Below are positions 10,139-20,733 of a DNA stretch of 64,000 nt, piece by piece (within the stretch, counting starts at the first letter, position 1; each line of letters begins with the position of its first letter). A model generated the notes under the pieces. That model did no database searches and had not been told where the DNA came from. It was given only the letters and a program-made list of their open reading frames with translations. Location of the stretch: NCBI GenBank assembly GCA_047285535.1, contig JBJBDC010000001.1, positions 64,136 to 128,135 on the forward strand, in the 5' to 3' direction. Origin of the DNA: Synechococcus sp. GTDB taxonomy: Bacteria; Cyanobacteriota; Cyanobacteriia; PCC-6307; Cyanobiaceae. The translations under genes and the position numbers were made by a program.

Positions 10139-13100
10139 ATGGCTGATTTCTCTGGTGGTGTCACTTATCAAGTCAACCCTGCAGGTGCCGACATCCCAAA
10201 ATTTGATCTCATCAATGATCGTCTTGATTTTGGAGAGATCTCAGTCCATGGATTGATTTTGGGCTCTTTAGCTGATGGCACTGCGGTTATCGTCAATCCA
10301 TGGGCTGATCCTGTACAGACCCAAGCACTCCAGGGTTTGCGTTGGAGTGACTTAAGTCTGGATAATTTTGGAGTCGTTGGAAATGAGCATCTCCGTCAGG
10401 ACATTGGGGGGGTGTTGTCTTGGGAGAAGGTCATTGGCGAACGTGACCCGAACACGATCTATGTGCGATCTCATCAATTTGGGGTTGAGGACGTCGTCAG
10501 TGGCTTTGATCCACAAACCCAGAAGCTGAGTTTTTTGTACTTGGGCACCAGGGAACGTATGTCGGTGCTGGATTCCGACCAGGGTCTGTTGATCAGTTTT
10601 CAGCCATCCGGTCAGAGCGTGTTGCTTCTGGGTGTTCAGCGCAAAGATTTGATCGGCTCCAATCTTGAGTTTCACCACGATCAAGTGATGGAGGACAACC
10701 TAGAAGTTCCTTTTGGATTCACGGCAGATGAGGTGGCATTGGTGAGTCGGGAAGGTCTGTTGACTCCTGCTTCACCGATGGGAACGTTCACTGATGGCAA
10801 CCAGATCCGCGCTGGCCAGCCGGTGAATCCCGATTCGATGGTGGTGTCTATTGAGTCTTCGCATGACGTGCATAGCCATGAACTTCATAACCATGCTGTC
10901 CATTCGCATTCCATGGGTACGGACACCGTGATGCCTATGGCAATGGATGCTGACCCACTAGCTGCTGGAGACAATCTTCTGCAGTTGTCGTCCGGAGGAC
11001 TGAAGATTTCGGCGACGATTACAGGTGGATGGTCTGGCACCACTGCAGGTCAGATCAGGGTGACTAATACCAGTGATGTCTCATTAGGAACTGACTGGAG
11101 TATCGAATTTGTGATGGATGCGCCGTTTAAAACCGTCAGCAATTTTGAGGTTCAGTCCACGCTGCGAGAGGACGGTCGATATGCGGTGAAATTAATGCCG
11201 AAATCTTGGTCTGCTCCGTTAGGAGCTGGCTCATCCCAGGATTCGTACTACCAGGCTTCTGTTGAAGCATCGATGCCTCAAGAGGTGTTTGATTTTGGCG
11301 AACTCGCTGCTTCCAGCACGGTGATAGGTGGATCGGTGTTGGGTGAATCTGCGCTTGTTGCAGAGAACAGCACGGATGTCTCCAATGCCAAAGAGGTCAG
11401 TCGTCATGACAGGAGTGATGACACCGATAGTGAGGTCACCGCAGATTTCAGCGATGCCATCGAGCCTGTTGATGCAAGAGAAGCGGTTGATCTCGCCTTG
11501 GAGAGCAGTGTTGACAGCTCTATTCCAAAAGCTGCAACGACTGAGCAGTTCGAGGTAGTACGTCCGAACGACGAGTCTGTAGAGGATAACCACGACGCTC
11601 ATAGGGCTGATGACATCGTCTCTGTGAACGTGGCGGAGCCTGTCAATCCTGATCTGGCCCCTGATCATGCTGTTGAGTCGTCCGGAGGACTGAAGATTTC
11701 GGCGACGATTACAGGTGGATGGTCTGGCACCACTGCAGGTCAGATCAGGGTGACTAATACCAGTGATGTCTCATTAGGAACTGACTGGAGTATCGAATTT
11801 GTGATGGATGCGCCGTTTAAAACCGTCAGCAATTTTGAGGTTCAGTCCACGCTGCGAGAGGACGGTCGATATGCGGTGAAATTAATGCCGAAATCTTGGT
11901 CTGCTCCGTTAGGAGCTGGCTCATCCCAGGATTCGTACTACCAGGCTTCTGTTGAAGCATCGATGCCTCAAGAGGTGTTTGATTTTGGCGAACTCGCTGC
12001 TTCCAGCACGGTGATAGGTGGATCGGTGTTGGGTGAATCTGCGCTTGTTGCAGAGAACAGCACGGATGTCTCCAATGCCAAAGAGGTCAGTCGTCATGAC
12101 AGGAGTGATGACACCGATAGTGAGGTCACCGCAGATTTCAGCGATGCCATCGAGCCTGTTGATGCAAGAGAAGCGGTTGATCTCGCCTTGGAGAGCAGTG
12201 TTGACAGCTCTATTCCAAAAGCTGCAACGACTGAGCAGTTCGAGGTAGTACGTCCGAACGACGAGTCTGTAGAGGATAACCACGACGCTCATAGGGCTGA
12301 TGACATCGTCTCTGTGAACGTGGCGGAGCCTGTCAATCCTGATCTGGCCCCTGATCATGCTGTTGAGTCGTCCGGAGGACTGAAGATTTCGGCGACGATT
12401 ACAGGTGGATGGTCTGGCACCACTGCAGGTCAGATCAGGGTGACTAATACCAGTGATGTCTCATTAGGAACTGACTGGAGTATCGAATTTGTGATGGATG
12501 CGCCGTTTAAAACCGTCAGCAATTTTGAGGTTCAGTCCACGCTGCGAGAGGACGGTCGATATGCGGTGAAATTAATGCCGAAATCTTGGTCTGCTCCGTT
12601 AGGAGCTGGCTCATCCCAGGATTCGTACTACCAGGCTTCTGTTGAAGCATCGATGCCTCAAGAGGTGTTTGATTTTGGCGAACTCGCTGCTTCCAGCACG
12701 GTGATAGGTGGATCGGTGTTGGGTGAATCTGCGCTTGTTGCAGAGAACAGCACGGATGTCTCCAATGCCAAAGAGGTCAGTCGTCATGACAGGAGTGATG
12801 ACACCGATAGTGAGGTCACCGCAGATTTCAGCGATGCCATCGAGCCTGTTGATGCAAGAGAAGCGGTTGATCTCGCCTTGGAGAGCAGTGTGGATGTCGT
12901 TGAGGCTGGCGTCGTCAAGTTGGATTATGTGGCCCCGGAGGACTTGAGCGATCAGCGCATCGTGACCTATTTCGAGGAGTGGGGGGTGTATGACCGCGAT
13001 GTCAACCTCTCTGATGTTGATGGTCAGGCCATGACTCATCTCAACTACAGCTTTTTTGATGTGAAATCAGATGGATCGATAGAGCTGTTTGATTCCTATG

Positions 13101-14314
13101 CCGCACAGGAGATGCGCTTTGGGGTTGAGGATCAAGTGAGCCGTACATTTACGACAGCTGAGTATGCCGTTGTTGATCCATCTTTGATTGCGGCTTACAA
13201 CTCAGATCGCTACACCATTCGTGAAACGGTTGATTCTGTGAAGGTAACGAGTGTTCCTGTGGGATGGAACGATGTGGGTCTAAAAGATGCTGGTAATTTT
13301 GAGCAACTCAGACGTTTTAAGGAGCTGAATCCAAACGTTAACCTTGGATTTGCCCTTGGCGGATGGACTCTTTCTGGTGAGTTCAGTACGGCCTATTCCA
13401 CTCAGGCGGGTCGGGATCACTTCACGGATGAAGTGGTGGATCTATTTCGTACACATGACTTTTTTAATACGGTTGATTTTGATTGGGAATATCCTGGCGG
13501 CGGAGGTCAAGCTGGAAATGCAGTTAGGCCAGATGATGGATTCAATTTTGCTTTGGTTCTGAAACAACTCCGCGATAAGTTGAATGCTCTTACGTTGGAT
13601 ACAGGTGAGAATTATCAGGTGTCAATTGCAACAGCTGGTGGCAAAGAAAAGCTTGCTAATTTAAATCTTCCTGGAATTGATCCTTACGTTGATTTTTACA
13701 ATGTGATGACTTACGATTTCCACGGAGGTTGGGAAAATCAAACTGGTCACCAGGCTGCTATGACAGGTGATGATAACAACTATGATGTTGATTCGGCGGT
13801 TGCATTTTTTGAGGATTCTGGGGTTGAACTTTCGAAGGTGGTGATGGGTGCTCCTTTATACACTCGTGCCTGGGGTGGCGTGGATGAAGGTCTCACGTTT
13901 GGCCACAATCAACCAGGTGTTGCTGGTGATGCAGAGGGGTCATTTGAAGCAGGCGTTTATGATTACAAAGACATCATCAATGATGTGATCACTGGTCAGA
14001 CTGATCTCTACTGGGATGATACGAATAAGGCTGCATTTACCTATGATGGTGATGAATGGAGCTCGATTGAAACTACCGCTACAATCGCTGGAAAGGCGGC
14101 CTACATTCAAGAGAAAGATCTTGGAGGAATGATGTTCTGGGCCTTGAGTAATGATGCTGATAATGACCTTAGTTTGTTGCAAGCAGCTAACGATATCCTT
14201 CGCCTGGGTGTCGCTTATGAAGATGTAATCGAAAAGTCTCCTGACTTCGACTACATTATCGGCGGCAACAATGAATTCAGCTTGAGTGACTTCACGAATC
14301 TGGCCCAATATTAA
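10139..14314 (+). CDS. Large multidomain chitinase: N-terminal domain, His-rich linker, three CBM2-like modules with acidic linkers, C-terminal GH18 domain
   Basis: YFEEWGVY, THLNYSF, LGGWT, VDFDWEYPG (DxDxE), NVMTYDFHG, LGGMMFW; CBM-like GGWSG..GQIRVTN...DWSIEF. Confidence 0.9.
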   Translation: MADFSGGVTYQVNPAGADIPKFDLINDRLDFGEISVHGLILGSLADGTAVIVNPWADPVQTQALQGLRWSDLSLDNFGVVGNEHLRQDIGGVLSWEKVIGERDPNTIYVRSHQFGVEDVVSGFDPQTQKLSFLYLGTRERMSVLDSDQGLLISFQPSGQSVLLLGVQRKDLIGSNLEFHHDQVMEDNLEVPFGFTADEVALVSREGLLTPASPMGTFTDGNQIRAGQPVNPDSMVVSIESSHDVHSHELHNHAVHSHSMGTDTVMPMAMDADPLAAGDNLLQLSSGGLKISATITGGWSGTTAGQIRVTNTSDVSLGTDWSIEFVMDAPFKTVSNFEVQSTLREDGRYAVKLMPKSWSAPLGAGSSQDSYYQASVEASMPQEVFDFGELAASSTVIGGSVLGESALVAENSTDVSNAKEVSRHDRSDDTDSEVTADFSDAIEPVDAREAVDLALESSVDSSIPKAATTEQFEVVRPNDESVEDNHDAHRADDIVSVNVAEPVNPDLAPDHAVESSGGLKISATITGGWSGTTAGQIRVTNTSDVSLGTDWSIEFVMDAPFKTVSNFEVQSTLREDGRYAVKLMPKSWSAPLGAGSSQDSYYQASVEASMPQEVFDFGELAASSTVIGGSVLGESALVAENSTDVSNAKEVSRHDRSDDTDSEVTADFSDAIEPVDAREAVDLALESSVDSSIPKAATTEQFEVVRPNDESVEDNHDAHRADDIVSVNVAEPVNPDLAPDHAVESSGGLKISATITGGWSGTTAGQIRVTNTSDVSLGTDWSIEFVMDAPFKTVSNFEVQSTLREDGRYAVKLMPKSWSAPLGAGSSQDSYYQASVEASMPQEVFDFGELAASSTVIGGSVLGESALVAENSTDVSNAKEVSRHDRSDDTDSEVTADFSDAIEPVDAREAVDLALESSVDVVEAGVVKLDYVAPEDLSDQRIVTYFEEWGVYDRDVNLSDVDGQAMTHLNYSFFDVKSDGSIELFDSYAAQEMRFGVEDQVSRTFTTAEYAVVDPSLIAAYNSDRYTIRETVDSVKVTSVPVGWNDVGLKDAGNFEQLRRFKELNPNVNLGFALGGWTLSGEFSTAYSTQAGRDHFTDEVVDLFRTHDFFNTVDFDWEYPGGGGQAGNAVRPDDGFNFALVLKQLRDKLNALTLDTGENYQVSIATAGGKEKLANLNLPGIDPYVDFYNVMTYDFHGGWENQTGHQAAMTGDDNNYDVDSAVAFFEDSGVELSKVVMGAPLYTRAWGGVDEGLTFGHNQPGVAGDAEGSFEAGVYDYKDIINDVITGQTDLYWDDTNKAAFTYDGDEWSSIETTATIAGKAAYIQEKDLGGMMFWALSNDADNDLSLLQAANDILRLGVAYEDVIEKSPDFDYIIGGNNEFSLSDFTNLAQY
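10987..12891 (+). repeat. Intragenic tandem repeat, 690-bp unit, ~2.8 copies
   Basis: Units start at 10987, 11677 and 12367 (gtcgtccggaggactgaag...); no differences seen by eye; antisense ORFs 11231-11668 and 11921-12358 are identical. Confidence 0.95.
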
Positions 14315-14542
14315 TCCCAGTTTATTTGACTTCTAGCTCTTGTTCAACTGATTCTCTATTGGACGGCTATGTTGTGATTTCACTCCTTGCAAGTTGCCAT
14401 CAGATCTTGGGCAACGGTCCTGGCCAGGTTCACTGCAGACATCTTTTTCCAGTGGTTTTTGCGTTCTTATAACCCTTGGCTTAAGGCCCCGCAGTACGGA
14501 CCTGAAGCGCCGATGATGATGGGATGGATTGGTCTAAGCGAA

Positions 14543-15040
14543 ATGGGTGTGCTGCGTCGATTTCTGTTCTCATTGTTGGTTGCCGTGGTACTGCTCCTTG
14601 TCAGCTCCAGAGCCGCTTTGGCTCTGGTTCATGAGCACAGCGATGAGTCTGGTGCGCCGATGCTGCGCAGCCTGGAAAGTTTGCGCGATCTCGATTACGA
14701 CAGCTGGCAGACGGTGGTTTACCGCGTTGGAAAGCCAGGAAATCCAGTGGTGCTAAGGATTGTTGGCTTCCCTGGCAGGGTGCGACTTGAGCATCCGATG
14801 CCCCTGCGTGTTCAGGCTGGTGTGAAGGAGTGGAAATTGGAGGACATCACTCTCGATAATCCTGCTCTTGCCAGAGATGGCCGCGAAGCTGCTGCCGAAT
14901 TTGCCCTCGAGCCCCTTTTGAGTGATCTGAGCAATAACCGTCCTCTGCGTTTGTTCCTGCCTGGAGTGTTCAATGAGTTGCCTGTTCCTCCATATGTTGT
15001 TGGCGAATGGCGCGATGTTCAAACTCAGCCTTTGAGCTGA
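14543..15040 (+). CDS. DUF3122-like exported protein
   Basis: Signal-peptide-like N-terminus then RSLESLRDLDYDSWQ...LRIVGFPG; start codon uncertain. Confidence 0.7.
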   Translation: MGVLRRFLFSLLVAVVLLLVSSRAALALVHEHSDESGAPMLRSLESLRDLDYDSWQTVVYRVGKPGNPVVLRIVGFPGRVRLEHPMPLRVQAGVKEWKLEDITLDNPALARDGREAAAEFALEPLLSDLSNNRPLRLFLPGVFNELPVPPYVVGEWRDVQTQPLS

Positions 15041-16119
15041 TGAGAACCAGTGGCAGCCGCTGGAACATTTGGATGCGCAGGGCACTGCAGTTGGCAGAGC
15101 TTGCTGATGGTCTGACAAGCCCAAATCCACTCGTTGGTGCCGTCGTTCTTGATTCTCATGGTGAGTTGGTGGGCGAAGGCTTTCATGCAAAGGCTGGGGA
15201 GCCCCATGCAGAGGTGGGTGCTCTGGCCCAGGCCGCTGATCGAGCCAAAGGTGGCACGATCATCGTCACCCTTGAACCCTGTTGTCATCAGGGTCGGACG
15301 CCTCCTTGTACGGAAGCGATTATCAAGGCGGGAATTGAGAGGGTGGTAGTGGCTCTCAAGGACCCAGATCCGCGTGTGGCCGGTGGTGGTATCCAGCGTT
15401 TGCGTGACGCCGGATTAGAGGTGATCACCGGGGTGCTGAAAGCTGAAGCGGCTGAACAAAACAGGGCCTTTGTTTATCGCGTTCAAACTGGCCGACCCTG
15501 GGGCCTACTCAAATGGGCCATGAGTCTGGATGGACGCACCGCCCTGCCCAACGGAGCCAGCCAATGGATCAGTGCACCGCCAGCCCGTGGCTGGGTTCAT
15601 CAGCTCCGCGCGGGGTGTGATGCGGTGATTGTGGGCGGTGGGACCGTGCGTGCTGATAACCCCTTGCTCACCAGTCGAGGCCGGCGCACGCCTGAACCGC
15701 TGAGGGTGGTAATCAGTCGCAGTCTGGATCTGCCCGCCAAGGCTCAGCTTTGGGACACCAGCATGGCTGCAACGCTTCTTGCTTACCCTCCAAACAGTAG
15801 TGATCGCTTACCTCCTGAGGGACCGGAGTGTCTTCAACTTAAGGACAGTGAACCGTTGCCGTTGTTAGAAGCTCTGGCGGAACGAGGCTGCAATCAGGTG
15901 CTCTGGGAATGCGGTCCTTCCTTGGCGGCGGCGGCCCTTCAGCAGGGTTGTGTTCAGGAGTTGGCGGTGGTCATGGCTCCCAAGCTTCTTGGTGGCCAGT
16001 TGGCTCGCACGCCTCTCGGGGATCTGGGGTTCTCTGCAATGGATCAGGTGATTGAACTTTCGAGTTCTAATCCAATGCGCCTGGGGGATGATCTGCTGCT
16101 GCTGTACAAGCTGCTTTAG
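15040..16119 (+). CDS. ribD: Riboflavin biosynthesis deaminase/reductase
   Basis: PNPLVG, HAE, TLEPCCHQGRTPPC, KWAMSLDG, SQWIS; ATG overlaps upstream TGA. Confidence 0.95.
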   Translation: MRTSGSRWNIWMRRALQLAELADGLTSPNPLVGAVVLDSHGELVGEGFHAKAGEPHAEVGALAQAADRAKGGTIIVTLEPCCHQGRTPPCTEAIIKAGIERVVVALKDPDPRVAGGGIQRLRDAGLEVITGVLKAEAAEQNRAFVYRVQTGRPWGLLKWAMSLDGRTALPNGASQWISAPPARGWVHQLRAGCDAVIVGGGTVRADNPLLTSRGRRTPEPLRVVISRSLDLPAKAQLWDTSMAATLLAYPPNSSDRLPPEGPECLQLKDSEPLPLLEALAERGCNQVLWECGPSLAAAALQQGCVQELAVVMAPKLLGGQLARTPLGDLGFSAMDQVIELSSSNPMRLGDDLLLLYKLL

Positions 16120-16174
16120 GTCGTTTGGGCATTGACGCTCAAACCTTTTTGGCCTCTGATGCCGCACTTTTAGC

Positions 16175-17142
16175 TTAAGGAGTATCCCAAAGCGATTGAG
16201 GTGTCCAAGGACTGCCATTGATCATCCACATCGATCCATCCACTAAGCGATAGTTTTGATTGAGCGTTGCAATCTTTTTCATATCGTTCTTGCTGAGTTT
16301 GACATCAGCGGCTTGAAAATTCTCCAGCAAGCGTGCTGGCGAAACCGATTTAGGAATCGTAGAAATCCCCCGTTGTACATGCCACGCCAATAACACCTGG
16401 GCAGGAGTACAGCAGGACGACTCAGCAATTGATCTAATCACAGGATTGGCGAGCAGCACTGGACCATGCTTGTCTTTTTGGAATGCAGGGCGAAGAAGTG
16501 GTGCAAAGGCGGTCACATGAATCTTGTGTGAAGCGCAGTATTGAATGAGTTCTGGTTGTTGAAGAAGCGGATGGTGTTCTACCTGATTCACTTCAGGTTG
16601 ATGCTTGCAGTTCAGAAGTAGTCGATCAAGCTTGTGAATGGAGAAGTTGCTGACGCCAATGTGATGCGTGAGACCTTGCTCGCAGGCTGATTCCATTGCT
16701 TCCCATGTTTCACGAATCGAAAATTCTGATGGCGGGAGAAAATCCTCTGCTGATTGTGCTGAGTGAGAGTCTGGCTTAATGGTGACCGGCCAATGAATCA
16801 GGTAAAGGTTCAGATAATCCGTGCCAAGATCTTGCAGTGATTTCTTGAGTGCAGATTGCACCTGATCCTTTCCATGGCAATTAGACCAAAGCTTTGATGT
16901 GATGAAAGTTCTGATCTTGTAATTTCTTTGTCTCGGATCGCATCGCGAATAGCAGTACCAATTTCAGCTTCATTTCCGTAACTACTTGCGCAATCAATGT
17001 GACGATATCCAATCTGAATTGCGTTTCTTAATGCTGAATATAATTTGCCAGACTCTGCATTCCAAGTGTCAAGACCGATTAAGGGGATTTGATCATTATG
17101 CGATAAAGATGTGTATTGCATCACCGTTTTTGATTGTTTCAT
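16175..17142 (-). pseudogene. Aldo/keto reductase split by a -1 frameshift near 16905-16907
   Basis: N-part GYRHIDCASSYGNE; adding one T restores ELFITSKLWSNCHGKDQVQSALKKSL...LYLIHWP; C-part has IGVSNF, NQVEHHP, IPKS. Confidence 0.85.
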
Positions 17143-17167
17143 TCAATATGAGTTGAGTTGGCTTTCA

Positions 17168-17908
17168 TTATTTTTTGTCTTCTATCTCGACGAGATCTTT
17201 ATCATCCAGATCGCTGGTATATCGACTGATCAGCACTCCCATGACGACTGCCAGATATAAAGGTCCTATGATTCCAGTTACGACAGCCAACATCCTTGAC
17301 AAGGGAAGCATCGGTTCGATGTCTCCGAATCCCACAGTGGTAAGACAAATGAAGGCGAAATAGTTGATATCTGCAAAAGCTCTCATCAAAACCAGCACGC
17401 TGGCATTGGGACTGTTTGCTGATTCTTTGAGGATGTTGAGAGGTTCAAAACTTCCTGGCTGAATGGTTTCTACACCACTCATGACCAAACCTGCAGTGAG
17501 TCCTAAAAGCAGATAGCCAGCCGCCGCTCCCATGAGCAATCCAGACGTGACTTTGCGTTCCTGCGAGAGACTTTGGACCAAGCGGACCACGCTCCATCCC
17601 ACCAGCAGGCTCCAAGTCAGGACAAGTGGTACCCCACTCACCACCCAGCGGACAGGTGTGATTTGCCAAAGAAGGAGGGCTGCAAGGGCAGCGACGCCCA
17701 GTGCTTGGTAAAGACGGTCTTGCAGTGTGAGTACCTTCTTGCGGATCATCACCAATTGGGTGAGCAGCAGGGCGATGAGGGCGTATCCCAATGCGGCAAT
17801 CCAGCTCAAGCGTGGAAAGGCAAAGCTCACCAGCACGATCAGGCAGAGCCCTAGCAATAGCTCATAGATTTTTTCTCGACTCCGGCGATTGAATCTGTTT
17901 GATCTCAT
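17168..17908 (-). CDS. Potassium-channel-family (Ion_trans_2) protein
   Basis: Pore helix and filter YFAFICLTTVGFGDIEP. Confidence 0.85.
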   Translation of the reverse strand: MRSNRFNRRSREKIYELLLGLCLIVLVSFAFPRLSWIAALGYALIALLLTQLVMIRKKVLTLQDRLYQALGVAALAALLLWQITPVRWVVSGVPLVLTWSLLVGWSVVRLVQSLSQERKVTSGLLMGAAAGYLLLGLTAGLVMSGVETIQPGSFEPLNILKESANSPNASVLVLMRAFADINYFAFICLTTVGFGDIEPMLPLSRMLAVVTGIIGPLYLAVVMGVLISRYTSDLDDKDLVEIEDKK

Positions 17909-18743
17909 CTTCTGAACATTCAGCCAAACTCAAAATCCCAACTATGGCAAATGCAATAGAGCCCAGCAAGGTGGTTCGAACTGACATTGTGCTGTCGATT
18001 ACCTGTTCCTGAAGCAAGTTTGTCGGTAGACCCGCGAGTGCAGATTGCATGAACCAGATACAACCCAAAGCATTGACGATTGAAATCCACCAGCCGAGAT
18101 GATCTGGCTCAAACACCAGCACCTTGCCGTGACCGACTTCTTGCAATCCGTAAGCCGCAGATACCAGAAACAGGATGGAGCCGATCAAGTTGGGAAGGAT
18201 GCTCAGCAGTATCCAAAGCCCGGCATTTGGATGCTGCTGGTTCCAACTGAAAAACGTTTCAACGTTGAATAGCACCGTTCCAATGCTTTGGGTCAGTGCG
18301 CAGCGCAGGCCACACCACTTCCAGTGGGGTGAATCGGCAGGTAGTTTCTGATCTCCGATGCGTGCTTGTTTGAGTTGCCACCAGCCGCCAGCCGTAAAAA
18401 AGACTGATCCAATCGCAAGTAGTCCTAAAGCCATTGATGGTGATTGGCTGTTGTGAAGTTGCAGCCAGGACCCAAGTGCAAACAGCAACGGCCCAAAGAT
18501 GAAGGCCAGGGCCGTCCGCTCCTCTAAGCGTTCAAGTTGCTTGCGGTTCAGTAACGCCTGGAGCATTTCCCTCAGATTGAGGGCTTGGTAATGCCCACGC
18601 TTGAGTGGGCCGTGACCCTTGCGAAGACGTCGGCTGGTCCAAATACCAATGGGATGGCGCCATGCGCTGATTCCCAGGGCACCTCGCCAATGCGGCTTCA
18701 GACTTTCGCTTGAGATCATGGCGTTCGGTTCTCCCTCCAGCAC
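17862..18743 (-). CDS. Multi-pass membrane protein, possibly YrhK-like
   Basis: Repeated GS-x-x-F helices (GPLLF, GSVFF, GTVLF, GSILF, GSIAF); start uncertain. Confidence 0.6.
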   Translation of the reverse strand: MLEGEPNAMISSESLKPHWRGALGISAWRHPIGIWTSRRLRKGHGPLKRGHYQALNLREMLQALLNRKQLERLEERTALAFIFGPLLFALGSWLQLHNSQSPSMALGLLAIGSVFFTAGGWWQLKQARIGDQKLPADSPHWKWCGLRCALTQSIGTVLFNVETFFSWNQQHPNAGLWILLSILPNLIGSILFLVSAAYGLQEVGHGKVLVFEPDHLGWWISIVNALGCIWFMQSALAGLPTNLLQEQVIDSTMSVRTTLLGSIAFAIVGILSLAECSEDEIKQIQSPESRKNL

Positions 18744-18800
18744 TGGCGCCCATCAGCTAATCAACCGACTTAGTTTGGTTCGCAATTGGGATTCAGCGCT

Positions 18801-20684
18801 ATGCCGATCCGCGAGGACGACAATCGCCCTAATCGGCGCTTCGGGATTATCAATTTGGTTTTGATTGGATTCGGGGTGTTGTTGTTGCTGAGCAGCTTCA
18901 TCCCCAATCAAGGCATGCAACAAGTGCCTCGGGTGCCCTATTCCCTGTTTATCGACCAGGTGAATGATGGTGCTGTCAAGCGTGCCTTCATTACCCAAGA
19001 TCAGATCCGGTATGAGCTCAGCGAGGTTGAGGACGGAGCCCCTTCCGTACTGGCGACCACTCCAATCTTTGATATGGATCTGCCTCAGCGCTTGGAAAAC
19101 AAGGGAGTTGAGTTTGCGGCTGCCCCTCCGAAGAAGCCCAATATTTTCACCACCATCCTCAGTTGGGTGGTGCCTCCACTGATTTTTATTTTGGTATTGC
19201 AGTTTTTCGCACGCCGTTCGATGGGTGCTGGTGGAGCCCAGGGCGCACTCAGTTTTACGAAAAGTAAAGCCAAGGTTTACGTGCCTGATGAGCAATCGCG
19301 GGTGACCTTTGCTGATGTTGCTGGTGTGGATGAAGCTAAAGATGAATTGACTGAAATTGTTGACTTTTTAAAAACTCCTGAGCGTTACGCCGAAATCGGT
19401 GCACGAATTCCAAAGGGCGTCCTCTTAGTGGGGCCTCCTGGCACAGGTAAAACATTGCTATCGAAAGCAGTGGCAGGTGAAGCTGGTGTTCCTTTCTTTA
19501 TTATTAGTGGCTCTGAATTTGTGGAGTTATTTGTTGGAGCTGGAGCAGCTCGCGTCCGAGACCTGTTTGAGCAAGCTAAAAAGAATGCTCCCTGCATCAT
19601 TTTTATTGACGAATTAGATGCAATTGGTAAAAGCCGTTCCGGTTCGATGGGTGTGGTTGGAGGCAACGATGAGCGTGAGCAAACTCTCAATCAATTGCTG
19701 ACAGAAATGGATGGCTTTGCCTCAAAAGACAAACCGGTCATTGTGTTGGCGGCCACCAACCAACCTGAAGTTCTCGACGCAGCTCTGTTGCGGCCTGGTC
19801 GCTTTGACCGGCAGGTGCTGGTGGATCGCCCGGATCTTTCTGGACGTAAAACAATTCTCGAAATCTATGTCAAGAAAGTAAAACTTTCTGATTCCGTTGA
19901 TCTTGATCGTATTGCTCAAGCTACGAGCGGCTTTGCAGGTGCTGATCTCGCCAACCTTGTGAATGAAGCTGCATTACTCGCAGCCCGCAATAAGCAAACC
20001 GAAGTTTTGCAAGCAGATTTGAATGAAGCGATTGAACGGGTCGTTGCTGGGCTTGAGAAAAAAAGCCGGGTGATGCAAGACGATGAGAAAAAAGTGGTTG
20101 CTTATCACGAAGTTGGTCACGCAATTGTGGGTCACCTCATGCCGGGTGGTAGCAAAGTGGCCAAAATCTCGATTGTGCCCCGCGGGATGAGTGCTCTCGG
20201 TTACACCTTGCAGCTTCCTACTGAAGAGCGTTTCCTTAACTCACGTGAAGATCTTGAGGGGCAAATCGCAACCCTTCTCGGAGGTCGATCTGCCGAAGAA
20301 ATTGTTTTCGGCAAAATCACCACCGGCGCTGCGAATGACCTTCAACGTGCGACTGATATTGCTGAGCAGATGGTGGGCACGTATGGAATGAGTGAAACCC
20401 TTGGTCCCCTGGCGTATGACAAGCAAGGTGGTGGACGTTTTCTGGGTGGTAGCAACAATCCTCGCCGTACGGTCAGCGATGCCACTGCACAAGCGATTGA
20501 CCGTGAAGTAAGGGGCCTGGTGGATCGTGCCCATAATCAAGCCCTCGCCATTCTTCGCCAGAATATGGCACTCCTCGAAACGATTTCCCAGAAAATTCTT
20601 GAGAAAGAAGTCATTGAAGGTGATGACCTTAAGGAAATGCTTTCTGCGAGTGTTATGCCCGATGAGGAAGCGGTTGCTGCGTAA
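18801..20684 (+). CDS. ftsH: ATP-dependent zinc metalloprotease FtsH
   Basis: Two TMs, Walker A GPPGTGKT, Walker [25 protein letters not shown] zinc motif. Confidence 0.97.
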   Translation: MPIREDDNRPNRRFGIINLVLIGFGVLLLLSSFIPNQGMQQVPRVPYSLFIDQVNDGAVKRAFITQDQIRYELSEVEDGAPSVLATTPIFDMDLPQRLENKGVEFAAAPPKKPNIFTTILSWVVPPLIFILVLQFFARRSMGAGGAQGALSFTKSKAKVYVPDEQSRVTFADVAGVDEAKDELTEIVDFLKTPERYAEIGARIPKGVLLVGPPGTGKTLLSKAVAGEAGVPFFIISGSEFVELFVGAGAARVRDLFEQAKKNAPCIIFIDELDAIGKSRSGSMGVVGGNDEREQTLNQLLTEMDGFASKDKPVIVLAATNQPEVLDAALLRPGRFDRQVLVDRPDLSGRKTILEIYVKKVKLSDSVDLDRIAQATSGFAGADLANLVNEAALLAARNKQTEVLQADLNEAIERVVAGLEKKSRVMQDDEKKVVAYHEVGHAIVGHLMPGGSKVAKISIVPRGMSALGYTLQLPTEERFLNSREDLEGQIATLLGGRSAEEIVFGKITTGAANDLQRATDIAEQMVGTYGMSETLGPLAYDKQGGGRFLGGSNNPRRTVSDATAQAIDREVRGLVDRAHNQALAILRQNMALLETISQKILEKEVIEGDDLKEMLSASVMPDEEAVAA

Positions 20685-20701
20685 TCTTCATCTTGAAGAA
20701 T

Positions 20702-20733
20702 AGACTGCCTCCATCCAGGGGCAGTCTTTTTTT
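20702..20733 (+). terminator. Intrinsic terminator after ftsH
   Basis: AGACTGCC...GGCAGTCT hairpin followed by a T run. Confidence 0.8.

Noticed and set aside
10987..12891. Repeat as CRISPR array or IS copies
   Set aside because: In-frame 690-bp coding units with no spacers, terminal IRs or transposase
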